DNA of 64,000 nucleotides from an uncultured Trueperaceae bacterium (GCA_963799485.1 CAWCXJ010000012.1:64001-128000), one strand, 5' to 3'. Counted from the stretch's first letter, positions 49,973 to 60,267 are shown. Notes: a model not told the origin generated them from the sequence alone. Made by a program: numbers and translations.

Positions 49973-50965
49973 ATGACCTCAGGGGGCGCAGACCTAGGGG
50001 GGGGCACGGGCGCAGTCGCCGATACGCTGACGGACACCGACGCCGTGCGCAGCCGCTCGCTTTTACGCGATTCGTTGCGGCGCTTTTTTCGCAACCCGAC
50101 CGGCGTTGTGGGTCTTGCGGTCGTGGTTTTTTTCGTTGTGATGTCGCTGCTCGCGCCGGTTTTGCGCCCCTACGACGCGACGACCGACCGTAACTTGCGG
50201 CTCCGGCTCGAGCCGCCGTCGTGGACGCTGAGCCCGGCTGAGCGCACCGAACTCGGCGACGACGCAAATATGGACATTACACGCTGGACGCTCCCTTTCG
50301 GTACCGACGAAAATGGACGCGACCTGCTGGTGAGGGTTTGGCACGGCGGGCGCATCAGCCTCCGTATCGGGATTGCCGCCGTTGCGATCTCATCTGTTAT
50401 CGGGGTGCTGTTGGGGCTTTTAGCCGGTTACCTGGGCGGTTGGTTCGACCTCGTGGTCGTCTGGCTGATGGACATCTTGCAGGCGTTTCCAGGGATTTTG
50501 CTGGCGATTGCCATCGTTGCGACGCTCGGCCCGAGTCTGACGAACGCGCTGATTGCCATTAGCATCACGCAGATTCCCAGCTACGTCCGGATTACCCGTT
50601 CGGTGGTGCTGGGGTTGCGGGAGTCCGAATACGTGCAGGCGGCCAGGGCGCTCGGTTCGGGCGGTTCACGGATTATCTTTAGGCATATCTTTCCAAACAG
50701 CTTGTCGCCTATTATGGTGCAGCTGACGCTTTCTATCGGGGTGGCGATTCTAGACGTGGCAGCACTTGGATTTTTAGGACTCGGCGCACAACCCCCCGAC
50801 CCCGAGTGGGGGGTGATGATCCGTGACGGCTACCGGCAGTTTTTACGGGCCCCGTGGATGAGCATCTTTCCGGGGCTAGCCATCTTTTTCTCGGTCGTCG
50901 GCTTTAACCTTTTAGGTGACGCGATTCGTGATGTGCTCGACCCGAGGCTCAAAAACGTGCCCTGA
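49973..50965 (+). CDS. Peptide ABC transporter permease (DppC-like)
   Basis: FGTDENGRD, EYVQAARALG, PPDPEWG, LGDAIRDVLDPR. Confidence 0.93.
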   Translation: MTSGGADLGGGTGAVADTLTDTDAVRSRSLLRDSLRRFFRNPTGVVGLAVVVFFVVMSLLAPVLRPYDATTDRNLRLRLEPPSWTLSPAERTELGDDANMDITRWTLPFGTDENGRDLLVRVWHGGRISLRIGIAAVAISSVIGVLLGLLAGYLGGWFDLVVVWLMDILQAFPGILLAIAIVATLGPSLTNALIAISITQIPSYVRITRSVVLGLRESEYVQAARALGSGGSRIIFRHIFPNSLSPIMVQLTLSIGVAILDVAALGFLGLGAQPPDPEWGVMIRDGYRQFLRAPWMSIFPGLAIFFSVVGFNLLGDAIRDVLDPRLKNVP

Positions 50966-51060
50966 GTCGATTGCGGCCTCAACAACAGCTCGAAGGCGTT
51001 TGCTATGCTAACCTACTGAAATCGAGAGATGGATTTTACATCGCCCGAGGAGCTACTTAT

Positions 51061-51273
51061 ATGAATGGAAACGGTTACAAGACAGATTTCTTATTTGCGA
51101 GCCCGTCACTACTTTCAGGCGCGGCGAGAGCTCTAGACATGTTCGCTGTTTTTGATGAATACAACACCAGTAACAGCGTTGAGGAAGCTGATAGACGCGC
51201 AATAGAAAGTGACTGGGGTATTGTCGGACAGGATATGGCAGCCGCCATTCAGAAGTACGTAAAAGAAAAGTAG
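51061..51273 (+). CDS. Small hypothetical protein, AT-rich islet
   Basis: GAGG RBS + ATG. PSLLSGAARALD..EEADRRAIESDWGIVGQDM. Directly upstream of the DUF2335-like gene. Confidence 0.7.
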   Translation: MNGNGYKTDFLFASPSLLSGAARALDMFAVFDEYNTSNSVEEADRRAIESDWGIVGQDMAAAIQKYVKEK

Positions 51274-51277
51274 CTGC

Positions 51278-51782
51278 ATGGGGAGAAAGTCTAGATTTAG
51301 CAGGCAGGCAACAGCTACCCCAAAAGCAAAGAGACGAGCAGAAGCAGCAAAGGAAAGAGGCACCGCAAGGTGTCCTTCCTTTTGATGTAGAAAGAACTGA
51401 AATTACTGCAGAATATTTTCAAGGCCCTTATCCACATCCTAGATTGCTAGCGGAATATGACCAAGTGAAACCCGGTTTAGCAGAAGAGATAGCAGTAGGT
51501 GTCAGAGAACAGAGGCGACATAGACAGCAACTTGAACGTTGGAAGTTGTTGAACGATATAATCCAATCGTACATAGGTCAGGTCTCAGCTTTCGCTATAG
51601 CTGCTCTAGCTCTCTTTTTTGGATACAGAATTGTGATTTCCGGCAATGAAGTAGCAGGGTTTTTTACAGGCTTCTTCGGTCTTACTTCTTTGGTGACAGT
51701 TTTTATAGTGGGAAAAAACCAGCAGAGGAGAGATCTACAGAGTAAATCACTCCCCTCAAAAGAAATAGAGAGACCCAAGTAA
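51278..51782 (+). CDS. DUF2335-like membrane protein with disrupted or non-canonical 5' end
   Basis: FQGPYPHPRLLAEYDQVKPGLAEEI..EQRRHRQQLE plus two TM helices. The conserved motif lies upstream of the first in-frame start (TTG 51444), and ATG 51278 is in another frame. Confidence 0.65.
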
Positions 51783-51931
51783 GGTGATTTCCGTTTCCTG
51801 AAATGTTGGGTATGGCAGGTATTGTCCAGTTTGAAACGTTCTCGGTACGAGGTTTGTCCTATAGCATGTGCGCTCCCAGATGAGACCTGAGTCAGCCCTT
51901 AGTAGATGTGCCAAAAGCTACCAACATTTCG

Positions 51932-53035
51932 TCAGGTGACTTGGCGGCCTGCAACGTAAACCGCCTGTACCTGCAGGTCGCTGTCTAGAACAACTAAATC
52001 GGCACGTTTGCCCTCACTCAGGCTGCCCCGGTCGGTCAGGCCCATATAGCGTGCGGGAATTTCTGAAAGCATCCGGCTTGTCTGCGCCAACCCCACGCCC
52101 AAAGAAACTGCGTTGCGTAGGGCCTGCCCCAGCGTCAGGGTACTTCCAGCAATCGTCCCGTCGGCGAGCGTCGCCGCGCCGTTTTGAACTTTGACCCGTT
52201 GTCCACCGAGTTCGGTGTCACCGTCGCCTAAACCGCCCGCACGGATACAGTCGGTCATCAGGTGAAGCCTGCCCGGTTTGGCCTGGAGCGCCGCTAGAAA
52301 ACTGCCCGGATGGACGTGATGCAGGTCTAGAATCAACTCGCTGTAGGCTTCTCTATCGGCGAGTGCTGCGCCGACGATACCGGGTTCGCGGCCCGAAAGC
52401 CCGCCCATCGCGTTGTAAAGGTGTGTAATACCGAGCGTCCCACCGGCGTTTCTGACGGTCTCGGCAAACGTCCCGACCGTTTCGTAAGTTGCTACAGTAT
52501 GCCCGACACTGACGCGGACACCCGCCCGTGCAAAACGGCGAGCGGCTTCGGTTGCGCCCGCAATTTCGGGGGCAAGCGTCACGAGGCGGATAACGTCAGG
52601 AGCCAACAACGCGTCTAGGTGTTCGGGGGTAGGGAGAAGCGTCAGCGGCGGTTGTGCGCCGAGCCGGTACGGGCTGATAAACGGCCCCTCGAGATGTACA
52701 CCGGGGAGGTCGGGAAGCGCCCGGTCAGCCTCGCGCTGCACCTCTTTAACACCCTCCAGGGCCCCGATAATCTTCTCCCAGGGGTTTGTGATCGTCGCCG
52801 GATAGAGCGTCGTGGTGCCGTGCTGTACGTGAAAGCGGGCGAGAGTGCGGACGCCCCCCGCGCCGTCCATGGTGTCGCCGCCGCCGCCGCCGTGAACATG
52901 GGTGTCGATAAAACCGGGCAAGATATAGCGTTCTGCGCCGCTGGCGTCCGTGATTTCGGTGATGTGGGTGTCGAACTCGAGCGCTCCCGTTCTCACCCCC
53001 TGCGGCGTGACAAGCTGTCCGCAGAGCCGGGTCAT
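51932..53035 (-). CDS. nagA: N-acetylglucosamine-6-phosphate deacetylase
   Basis: PGFIDTHVHG, HLEGPFI, TLAPE, THLYNAM, IAGSTL. Confidence 0.94.
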   Translation of the reverse strand: MTRLCGQLVTPQGVRTGALEFDTHITEITDASGAERYILPGFIDTHVHGGGGGDTMDGAGGVRTLARFHVQHGTTTLYPATITNPWEKIIGALEGVKEVQREADRALPDLPGVHLEGPFISPYRLGAQPPLTLLPTPEHLDALLAPDVIRLVTLAPEIAGATEAARRFARAGVRVSVGHTVATYETVGTFAETVRNAGGTLGITHLYNAMGGLSGREPGIVGAALADREAYSELILDLHHVHPGSFLAALQAKPGRLHLMTDCIRAGGLGDGDTELGGQRVKVQNGAATLADGTIAGSTLTLGQALRNAVSLGVGLAQTSRMLSEIPARYMGLTDRGSLSEGKRADLVVLDSDLQVQAVYVAGRQVT

Positions 53036-53079
53036 GTGAGGCGGGTTTTAGGCGTAGAGAAGGACGACATGCGTCTACT

Positions 53080-54195
53080 TTAACCCGGTGCGTCCGGCGC
53101 AATTTGGCGACCCGGAAACGCGAGGCGAATCCTGTCCGCTTGAAACATAAAGAGCCCATCCCGCCGGGCTGCAAGCAGTAAAACGACTACGCGGTCGTAA
53201 TCGTCGATTCCAGCCCCGACACGCTGGGTGCGGAGGTAACCATCATACAAACGCGTTTGTAACAAGGTGACGAAGTTGGGTGCGAGGTAGCGCCTGTAAG
53301 TACGGCTAAAGGCAGTGAGATCCGTTTTCGCTCTAGGCGACAACCCGTTGAAAAGTGTTTCGTAGCGCTCCGGTGGCAGCGCCCGACCAACCCGTAAAAA
53401 GAGAACCAGCGCCGCGCCGTAACGCACGGACGCGCGCTTTGCGCTGAGGCCCGCGAGGGCGGCGATAAAGTCGGCTTCGGCTTCGCCTGCGTACCCCGCG
53501 ACGTGGGCGGTTTCGTGAAGCGCTGTTGCCAGCGCCACCGGGTAGGGGAGAGCGCGGTCGAGATACGCCTCGAGCGTCCACGGTACGGTAATGCCGGTGG
53601 CTTGTCCGGTGAATATCAAAAATCCGGGCGGGGTGTACTTGATAAAGCGCGGCAGCGTGACGGGGTGAGCCTCGAGCCCTTCGACAAGACCTTTTAACGA
53701 CGTTTTGCCCGCGTTCAGGTCGGCTGTCCAGTTTTGCGAAGCGCCACTATCTTGACGTAGTACCCGACTTAAAGCTTCGGCTAACGTAAACGTCTCAGTG
53801 GCGGTCGGCGCGTCGGTTGAGAGACCCAAGCGGGTCTCGAGCGGTGTTTTGCCGTAGTTCGCACCCCATAAGACGATGAAAAGTGTGTAGAGCGTTGCAG
53901 CGGTAACCAGACCCCGCCAGAGCCAGCGCCAGAAGGCTTGCGGCCCACGCAGACGATTTTTATTCAGGGCAATGCTGAGGACGAGCCAGACCAGCAAAGC
54001 TGCCAGCAAAAGCGGCGTTACCGGGAGCGGCAGGCTGCCGGTGAGCGGGACGAGCACGCCGGCAATCGCGGGGTAGATGACGCCGCCGTAAACTCGCCCC
54101 ACCCACCCCGACGGGGGCGGGAACAAAACCCACCAGACGATGAGCGCGGTACAAAAGAGGAACCAGCAAAAGATAAACCAGCGGGTGCGGCGCAT
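53080..54195 (-). CDS. DUF3810-like membrane zinc-peptidase family protein
   Basis: N-terminal TMs, LWGANY, PWTLEA, HETAHVAGYAGEAEADF (HExxH..E). Confidence 0.78.
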   Translation of the reverse strand: MRRTRWFIFCWFLFCTALIVWWVLFPPPSGWVGRVYGGVIYPAIAGVLVPLTGSLPLPVTPLLLAALLVWLVLSIALNKNRLRGPQAFWRWLWRGLVTAATLYTLFIVLWGANYGKTPLETRLGLSTDAPTATETFTLAEALSRVLRQDSGASQNWTADLNAGKTSLKGLVEGLEAHPVTLPRFIKYTPPGFLIFTGQATGITVPWTLEAYLDRALPYPVALATALHETAHVAGYAGEAEADFIAALAGLSAKRASVRYGAALVLFLRVGRALPPERYETLFNGLSPRAKTDLTAFSRTYRRYLAPNFVTLLQTRLYDGYLRTQRVGAGIDDYDRVVVLLLAARRDGLFMFQADRIRLAFPGRQIAPDAPG

Positions 54196-54233
54196 AGGCT
54201 TTAGTCTACCGTCAGATTTTGCTTCGGTTCAGG

Positions 54234-56483
54234 TCAGGTTTTGTTGCGCTGTCGCCGCCGTTCGGCCCATTCCGACGGGTTCGGGTAACGCAAGCTGCGC
54301 CGTTCGGCCCCTGCTTTGGCCTGTGTCTGTTTGGCTTTTGCTTGTTTTACGGGCCGTAAAAATCTTTCTTGCAGCGCGTAATGTTCGCGGTCTTGCACCC
54401 ACCAGTCGTTTCCGGCAGGGCTGAAGCCGGCGGTGCCGAGGTCGCCTTCATGTTGCAGCTGCAAGGCGTGCACGCCGAAAACCTCGAAGGCGAGACGCGC
54501 GGCCCCGCGCACGAGTGCCTGCTCCGCTTTGGGGAGCAGGCAGCTTTTACCATCATGACGTAGCCGCAAATGACCTATTCGTGTGCTTTCGTCGAAAAAG
54601 AGGAGTACGTCAAAACCTGTGTCGCTGCAAATTACAACCGGGACTGTGTCGCCATCTGTAGTCAGGGTGAGGCCCCCCCCCTGTACCCGGTAGCGCGGAG
54701 CCGGAGGTGCTAAACGGGCGTCGTAACGTTCTGAAAGAAGGTCAACGAGTTCGTAAAGACGTTTTTCGAGCCGCAGTTTGTCGCGTCCCGAAAGCCGCAG
54801 CGGGTCGGCGAGCAGCGTTTCGGTGTTCATGGTTTCGTCTTCCAAAGCCTCGAGTTCGGCTTCAGGGTCGGGTGCGGTTTCGTCGATTTCTACCCTGTTT
54901 ACGGGCAGGTCGGGCTCGAGCCGCAGTTTTCCGGCGTAGTATCCGGCCAAGCCGCCACGGTACTCTTTAAGTTCACCGCCGTCAAGCCCTACGACCCGCG
55001 TCGCTACGGCGTCTATGAGCGCGGCGTCGTGTGAAACGAGAATCAGCGTGGCTGAAGTGTCTTGCAGGGCGGCCTCGAGCTTTTCGACCGTCTCGACATC
55101 GAGCCCTTCACTCGGTTCGTCGAGCAGCAGCAGATTCGCCTCGGTCGCCAGGAGCAGCGCAATGCCGGCGCGGGCGCGTTGTCCGCCGGAAAGCGTTTCA
55201 GGCGGTTTATCGAACGCTTCAGAAAGGCCGACGAGCGCCAGCAGCGAGCGGGCACGGGGTTCGGAGACGCTCCGCAGCTGTTCACCAAGCGGCACGCCGT
55301 CTTCCAGACCCCGGCCCTGCTGGTCGCATGCCGCAAGCCTGACGCCTTGACCAAACTGCACCGACGCTTCAGGGTCTTCGGACTCGAGCCCCCCGCTCAA
55401 CAGCTCCAGCAGGCTCGTTTTGCCGCTTCCGTTGGGGCCGACCAAGGCGAGCTTGTCGCCCGCGTAAAGGTTGAGTGAAACGTCTTGTAAAAGCGGTTCG
55501 CCGTTTTGCGTTACGGTTAGATGCTGTGCGTCCAGAACGATACTACCCGGTTTCGTATCCGCTGCGTTTAGCATGAGCGTTACGGTGTTTTTTGCCGCTG
55601 TGACTTTAGGCGCGGCAGGGAGCCGGGCGAGACGACGTTCCAACCCTCGCCGGGTCGAAAGCGTCGGTTGACTCCGCAGACGGGTCTCGAGACTTCGCCG
55701 CTCATGCCCCAAACGCATGTTTTCCCGCAATCCGCGCGCCGCTACGTGCTCGCTCTGTACCCGAAAACGGCTGTACGCGCCCCGGTACCCCGTTACGGTG
55801 CCGTTTTTGAGGTGCAGTGTCCGCGTCGTTACGGCGTCGAGCAGCGCCCGGTCGTGCGAGGCCAGCAGGAGCGCCCCCGGATAGTCTTTAAGCGCGTCTC
55901 CCAGCCACCGCTTGCCGGGCAGGTCGAGGTAGCTGCTCGGTTCATCGAGTAGCAGCAGGTCGGCTCGCCCTGCAAGGGCGCGGGCCAGAGCCAGCCGTGA
56001 ACGCTCACCCCCGGAAAGGGTCAGCACGTCGCGTTCCAGATCACCCCCGGAAAATCCCAACCGGCTCAGCGTCGCCCGCAAAGCGGTTTCGGCTTCGTAG
56101 CCGCCCGCCGCTTCAAAGAGGGCGCTCAGGTCGCCGTAAAACTCCAGACCAAGCTTATCCAAGCGGGTTTCGGCGTCTCGCAGCTCGGCCTCGAGCCGCC
56201 GCACCTCCGCCAAACCCGCTTCAGCCACCGCCCAAACCGTCCCGCGCCAGCGCTCGGTGTGCTGCTCGGCGTAGGCCAGCCGTAAACCCGGCGGTTTGAC
56301 GATGCGCCCTTCAGTCGGCGTCAGGTTTCCGGCGAGCAGCCCCAACAGCGTCGTTTTCCCTGCCCCGTTCGCGCCGACCAGACCGACCTTTTCACCCCGT
56401 TTTAGCGAAAAGCCGACATTTTGCAAAACCGTGTGTTCAAGGCGCGTAAACCCTACGGCCCCCAGCCTGACAACCTCATCCAC
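54234..56483 (-). CDS. ABC-F family ATPase with C-terminal extension
   Basis: Two NBDs (GANGAGKT/LSGGE/LLDEPS; GPNGSGKT/LSGGQ/LLDEPS), no TM domain. Confidence 0.9.
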   Translation of the reverse strand: MDEVVRLGAVGFTRLEHTVLQNVGFSLKRGEKVGLVGANGAGKTTLLGLLAGNLTPTEGRIVKPPGLRLAYAEQHTERWRGTVWAVAEAGLAEVRRLEAELRDAETRLDKLGLEFYGDLSALFEAAGGYEAETALRATLSRLGFSGGDLERDVLTLSGGERSRLALARALAGRADLLLLDEPSSYLDLPGKRWLGDALKDYPGALLLASHDRALLDAVTTRTLHLKNGTVTGYRGAYSRFRVQSEHVAARGLRENMRLGHERRSLETRLRSQPTLSTRRGLERRLARLPAAPKVTAAKNTVTLMLNAADTKPGSIVLDAQHLTVTQNGEPLLQDVSLNLYAGDKLALVGPNGSGKTSLLELLSGGLESEDPEASVQFGQGVRLAACDQQGRGLEDGVPLGEQLRSVSEPRARSLLALVGLSEAFDKPPETLSGGQRARAGIALLLATEANLLLLDEPSEGLDVETVEKLEAALQDTSATLILVSHDAALIDAVATRVVGLDGGELKEYRGGLAGYYAGKLRLEPDLPVNRVEIDETAPDPEAELEALEDETMNTETLLADPLRLSGRDKLRLEKRLYELVDLLSERYDARLAPPAPRYRVQGGGLTLTTDGDTVPVVICSDTGFDVLLFFDESTRIGHLRLRHDGKSCLLPKAEQALVRGAARLAFEVFGVHALQLQHEGDLGTAGFSPAGNDWWVQDREHYALQERFLRPVKQAKAKQTQAKAGAERRSLRYPNPSEWAERRRQRNKT

Positions 56484-56503
56484 TTAACTATGAACGCGCA
56501 GGT

Positions 56504-57010
56504 CTACCAGCCCCACGTTCCGGCCTCACCCTTAAACGGCCCCTTGACTTCGCGGGTAATCCAGCCGCCGTAAAAGTCTCCAGCTTGCGCCTGTACGCGC
56601 TCCCGGTCTACAAAACACGCTTCGACCCGGCCCGGATAAAACGCCAGGTAAGCTTTTATGGCTTCAAAACCCTCCGTCGGATTGGGGTAACTCCAGGCGA
56701 CGTTTTGCGACTCTTGTCCGTTTAGAGCAAGCGTCCAGTACACCGCGCCGCCCTTGAACTCACAAAAGCTCTTCTGCGCGGTCTGCGTCAAAAGCTCCGT
56801 CCGAACGTCCTCCGGCGGGACGTAAAAAACAGGTGGGTGCGACGTTTCCAGAATCCGCAGGGTGCGCCTCGAGTCCGCAATCAGTTCTCCGGCGAAGTAG
56901 ACCTGAACGTGTTTGGGGCTCGCCTCGAGCCTCGGCGGGCGCGGGTAATCCCAGACCGATTCCTCGCCAGTGCCGTGCGGTTCACGTGTTTTCGTCGGTT
57001 TACGCGTCAT
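56504..57010 (-). CDS. DUF427 family protein
   Basis: ESVWDYPRPP, LETSHPPVFY, SFCEFKG, FYGGWIT. Confidence 0.9.
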   Translation of the reverse strand: MTRKPTKTREPHGTGEESVWDYPRPPRLEASPKHVQVYFAGELIADSRRTLRILETSHPPVFYVPPEDVRTELLTQTAQKSFCEFKGGAVYWTLALNGQESQNVAWSYPNPTEGFEAIKAYLAFYPGRVEACFVDRERVQAQAGDFYGGWITREVKGPFKGEAGTWGW

Positions 57011-57469
57011 AAATCAAGTTTACGCGCCCCTCAGGGTGTGAGGCGTGTTTTGCGCTGTCCCCGGCAGCGGTCGGTATCGTCACCGAACAAGCGGTCGGCG
57101 AGCGCCGTAAGCCCGACACCCAAAGCAGCTTCAACCAAAAACGGAATGTAAGAAATCCTACTCGAGCGGTTTGTTTATACCGCTTTTTTCGTTACGAATA
57201 CCGTTCAGAACGTCTTAACCTTTGTTCTCGCGCACGACCGGGCCGCGCGCGGTCGTGGGAGAATTCACGCGGAAAACCTGCGACCTGTAGTCATGATGAG
57301 TTCAGCGTGTGTACCCGGTCGGCTGTCGGCCCAAAGGTACCAGCAGTCAGGGAGAGGACTACATCATGATGAGAGCTTATTGCGCGCAAGGGGCAGGTTT
57401 GACTACACGGTTCGTGGCGGGAAGGGGCTCGAGGCTCCCCCTCAAGACTCCGGCAAGTTGGGGGTTTTA

Positions 57470-60256
57470 GTGAAATCTTTTGGTGCCGCATTTATTTTGC
57501 TATTTTTGAGCCTATTGGGATTTGCCTTTGCCCAAACACCGGTCAACACGGCAATTCAAAACACGGCGACGGCGACCTACACGAACGCCGCCAATCAGTC
57601 GCTGACGGCAACGTCGAATACCGTTACGACGACGGTTTTGCCGATCTACCGCTTTGAGATTACCCCCAACGGAACCGACGCACCTTTTGTTTCAGGTAGC
57701 GGAACCGGGGCCGGTCAGAGCCAGACAGGTGCAGCGGGCGGTACGGTCGTCTTTACCTATCAGCTCGAGAACCAGGGCAACACGGCGAACAACACCATCA
57801 ACCTCTCAGCCCTCGACTCTGCTACCGACGATTTTCAGTTCGGTACCAAAACGATCTATCTGGACAATCCGACCGCCGGGATTCAGGGCCAACTCGACCC
57901 GCAAGACTCCCCGGTAACCTCGGTGACGCTGCCGTACAACAGCACGCCGGTCACGCTTTTCGTCGAAGCGGCCATTCCCGGTACTGCGGTGGACAACCAG
58001 GTCGGCAGGCTCAACCTCTCAGGCGCTTCAGCTACCGGCGGCGAAACCGATGCGAACAACTGGGCCGAACTCGCCGCGTTTACCAACGCAGCCTTGACCT
58101 TGAACAAAACCGCGACCGGCAACGTGATTCCGGGCGGCACCATCAGCTACACGGTTTCAGGTGCGAATACGGGTGGGACGAACCCCTACGCGGTAACAGG
58201 CGTTGCAAATATCTCCAGCGGGGGCGTCACTGCGCCTCGAGACGGCATCCTTGTTTCGGACGTGATTCCTGCGGGCCTCAGCTACGTACCGGGATCGCTT
58301 ACGTTCTCGGGTTCCAATACGGCGTCTACAACCGTTGTCCTCTACTCGACCAACGGCGGGACGACCTGGGTTACGGCGCAACCAGCGAGCGGCGTCAATG
58401 CGGTTGGGGTCTATATCGGCGGTACTGCCGGTCAACGCGTCTCGACAACGGGCGGCGCGCCGCTCTCCTACAGCTTTACCTTTAATGCAACAGCTCCGGC
58501 AGGCGCAACCGCCGGAACGGTCTATAACAACACCGGTACCATCCGCTACGACAGCAACGGCGACAGCGACGGCGCAGACGCCGGTGAAGTGGTAACGACT
58601 ACGCCCGCACCGACGACCGTCGATCCGTCGGGTACCTTTGCCGTCGGGCCGTACACCTTCCCGACCGCCGGAGCCTCCGGCAGCTACACCGTTACGGGCG
58701 AGGGTTACACCGTCTCCCGCACCGACGACGCCCAGACGATTGCCTCGGCGCCTAACGAACGCGAGGTCAGCTTCCGGCACACGCTGGGGAACGCTACGAA
58801 CTTTGGCGACACCTTTACGCTCAGCAGCACTTTACCCACATCACTCGCCAACAACACGCCTCCCGGTTCAGTGAGCTTTTATGCGGTCAACGGCGACGGC
58901 TCGCGGGGTGCACTCATCACCGCGCCGCTGGCAGTAGCCGCCGGTGCTACCGCAGACTTCTATACGGTCGTAACGTTGCCCGCCGACTATACAAGCGCCA
59001 CACCGCTCGACTTTACCGTCACAGCGACCTCCACCCAGACCGGCAACACCGATACGACGATAGACACCATCAGCGAAGTGACCGAGGCCCAGGCCGTCGA
59101 TATCGGCAACTACGCCGGAAACGGCACGCCGAACAACGCTTCGATCGACTTTCCGGCGCAACCCGGCAGCACCGTCAGCATCCCGCTGATCGTCCGTAAC
59201 AACGGTGCTGACCCCGACACCTTCGGTCTCAGCGCCGTCATCGCGCCGCCCGGTTACACCGTGACCATCTACGGGGATGATAATTGTAACGGACGTATCG
59301 ATGGCCCCGACACAGAAGTCAGCAGCAGCAACGAACTCGAGCCCGGTACCTTCGAGTGCTTTATCCTTCAGGTCACCATCCCTACCGGAGCCGCGCCCGC
59401 GACCTACGACGTCACGGTTACGGCGACGAGCCAAAATGACCCGAATATCAGCGATTTCATCACCGATACCGTCACTGTAGGACTGCTCGAGAACTTTACC
59501 TTTACGCCTACCCCGCAAGCTCAGGCGACCAGCTCGACCGTACCTGTCGTCTACACCCACACGATCACCAATAACTCGAACGAGGTCGCCTCGGTAGACC
59601 TGACCTTTACCGAAGAAGATGCGACGGCTTGGACTTACGAGTACTCACTTACGGGTGCTGACGGCTCCTACACGACTACCTTGCCGACGGGTATCTCGGT
59701 CGCAGCCAACGGCGGCACGCAAGCCATCTACGTCCGGGTAACGCCTGACCCGGCTGCAACCGAGGGCACGACCGACGCTTTTACCCTGACCGCGACGCCG
59801 ACCTACGGCGCAACCACGGGCGCGGCAGCCTCCGTGACCGACACGACCACCATCGACCAGGAGTACTTCGGTCAGCTCGACCTGGACAAAACCGTCAGCG
59901 TCAACGGTGGAACTGCAGGTACGGACAACGACGCCGAACCCGGCGACACCCTGACCTACACCGTTACCGCGACCAACCTCGGGGCGGGTGCGCTCAACAA
60001 TGTTCAGCTTACAGACGCCGTCCCTGCAAACACGACTTTCGTCTCCGCTACGGCGACTGCCGGCGGCGGCCTCGCCGGACAAACGGTGCTTTACTCCACG
60101 AACGGTACGACCTGGAGTACGACGCCGCCTAGTACGCTCGCTACCGGCAGCATCTATGTGGGCGTCAGTACAAACGGCGACAACAACGTCAACGCCAACG
60201 ACAGCTTCCCGGCAGACGGCGTGCTGACCCTGACGCTGGTTGTCACCATCGACTAA
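57470..60256 (+). CDS. Secreted DUF11/Ig-like repeat protein (putative major filament subunit)
   Basis: Signal peptide MKSFGAAFILLFLSLLGFAFA, Thr-rich beta repeats, K-T..PG.T..Y....N..D..P DUF11 motifs, DxNxD Ca-binding-like loops. Confidence 0.85.
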   Translation: MKSFGAAFILLFLSLLGFAFAQTPVNTAIQNTATATYTNAANQSLTATSNTVTTTVLPIYRFEITPNGTDAPFVSGSGTGAGQSQTGAAGGTVVFTYQLENQGNTANNTINLSALDSATDDFQFGTKTIYLDNPTAGIQGQLDPQDSPVTSVTLPYNSTPVTLFVEAAIPGTAVDNQVGRLNLSGASATGGETDANNWAELAAFTNAALTLNKTATGNVIPGGTISYTVSGANTGGTNPYAVTGVANISSGGVTAPRDGILVSDVIPAGLSYVPGSLTFSGSNTASTTVVLYSTNGGTTWVTAQPASGVNAVGVYIGGTAGQRVSTTGGAPLSYSFTFNATAPAGATAGTVYNNTGTIRYDSNGDSDGADAGEVVTTTPAPTTVDPSGTFAVGPYTFPTAGASGSYTVTGEGYTVSRTDDAQTIASAPNEREVSFRHTLGNATNFGDTFTLSSTLPTSLANNTPPGSVSFYAVNGDGSRGALITAPLAVAAGATADFYTVVTLPADYTSATPLDFTVTATSTQTGNTDTTIDTISEVTEAQAVDIGNYAGNGTPNNASIDFPAQPGSTVSIPLIVRNNGADPDTFGLSAVIAPPGYTVTIYGDDNCNGRIDGPDTEVSSSNELEPGTFECFILQVTIPTGAAPATYDVTVTATSQNDPNISDFITDTVTVGLLENFTFTPTPQAQATSSTVPVVYTHTITNNSNEVASVDLTFTEEDATAWTYEYSLTGADGSYTTTLPTGISVAANGGTQAIYVRVTPDPAATEGTTDAFTLTATPTYGATTGAAASVTDTTTIDQEYFGQLDLDKTVSVNGGTAGTDNDAEPGDTLTYTVTATNLGAGALNNVQLTDAVPANTTFVSATATAGGGLAGQTVLYSTNGTTWSTTPPSTLATGSIYVGVSTNGDNNVNANDSFPADGVLTLTLVVTID

Positions 60257-60267
60257 GACTCTTTTGG

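Noticed and set aside
47271..50965. Peptide ABC operon lacking ATPase genes
   Set aside because: Shared ATPases encoded elsewhere are common. The nearby LolD-like ATPase belongs to a different family.
57293..57469. 59-aa N-terminal extension of the first DUF11 protein
   Set aside because: The signal peptide begins at GTG 57470, so the upstream part is better read as leader.
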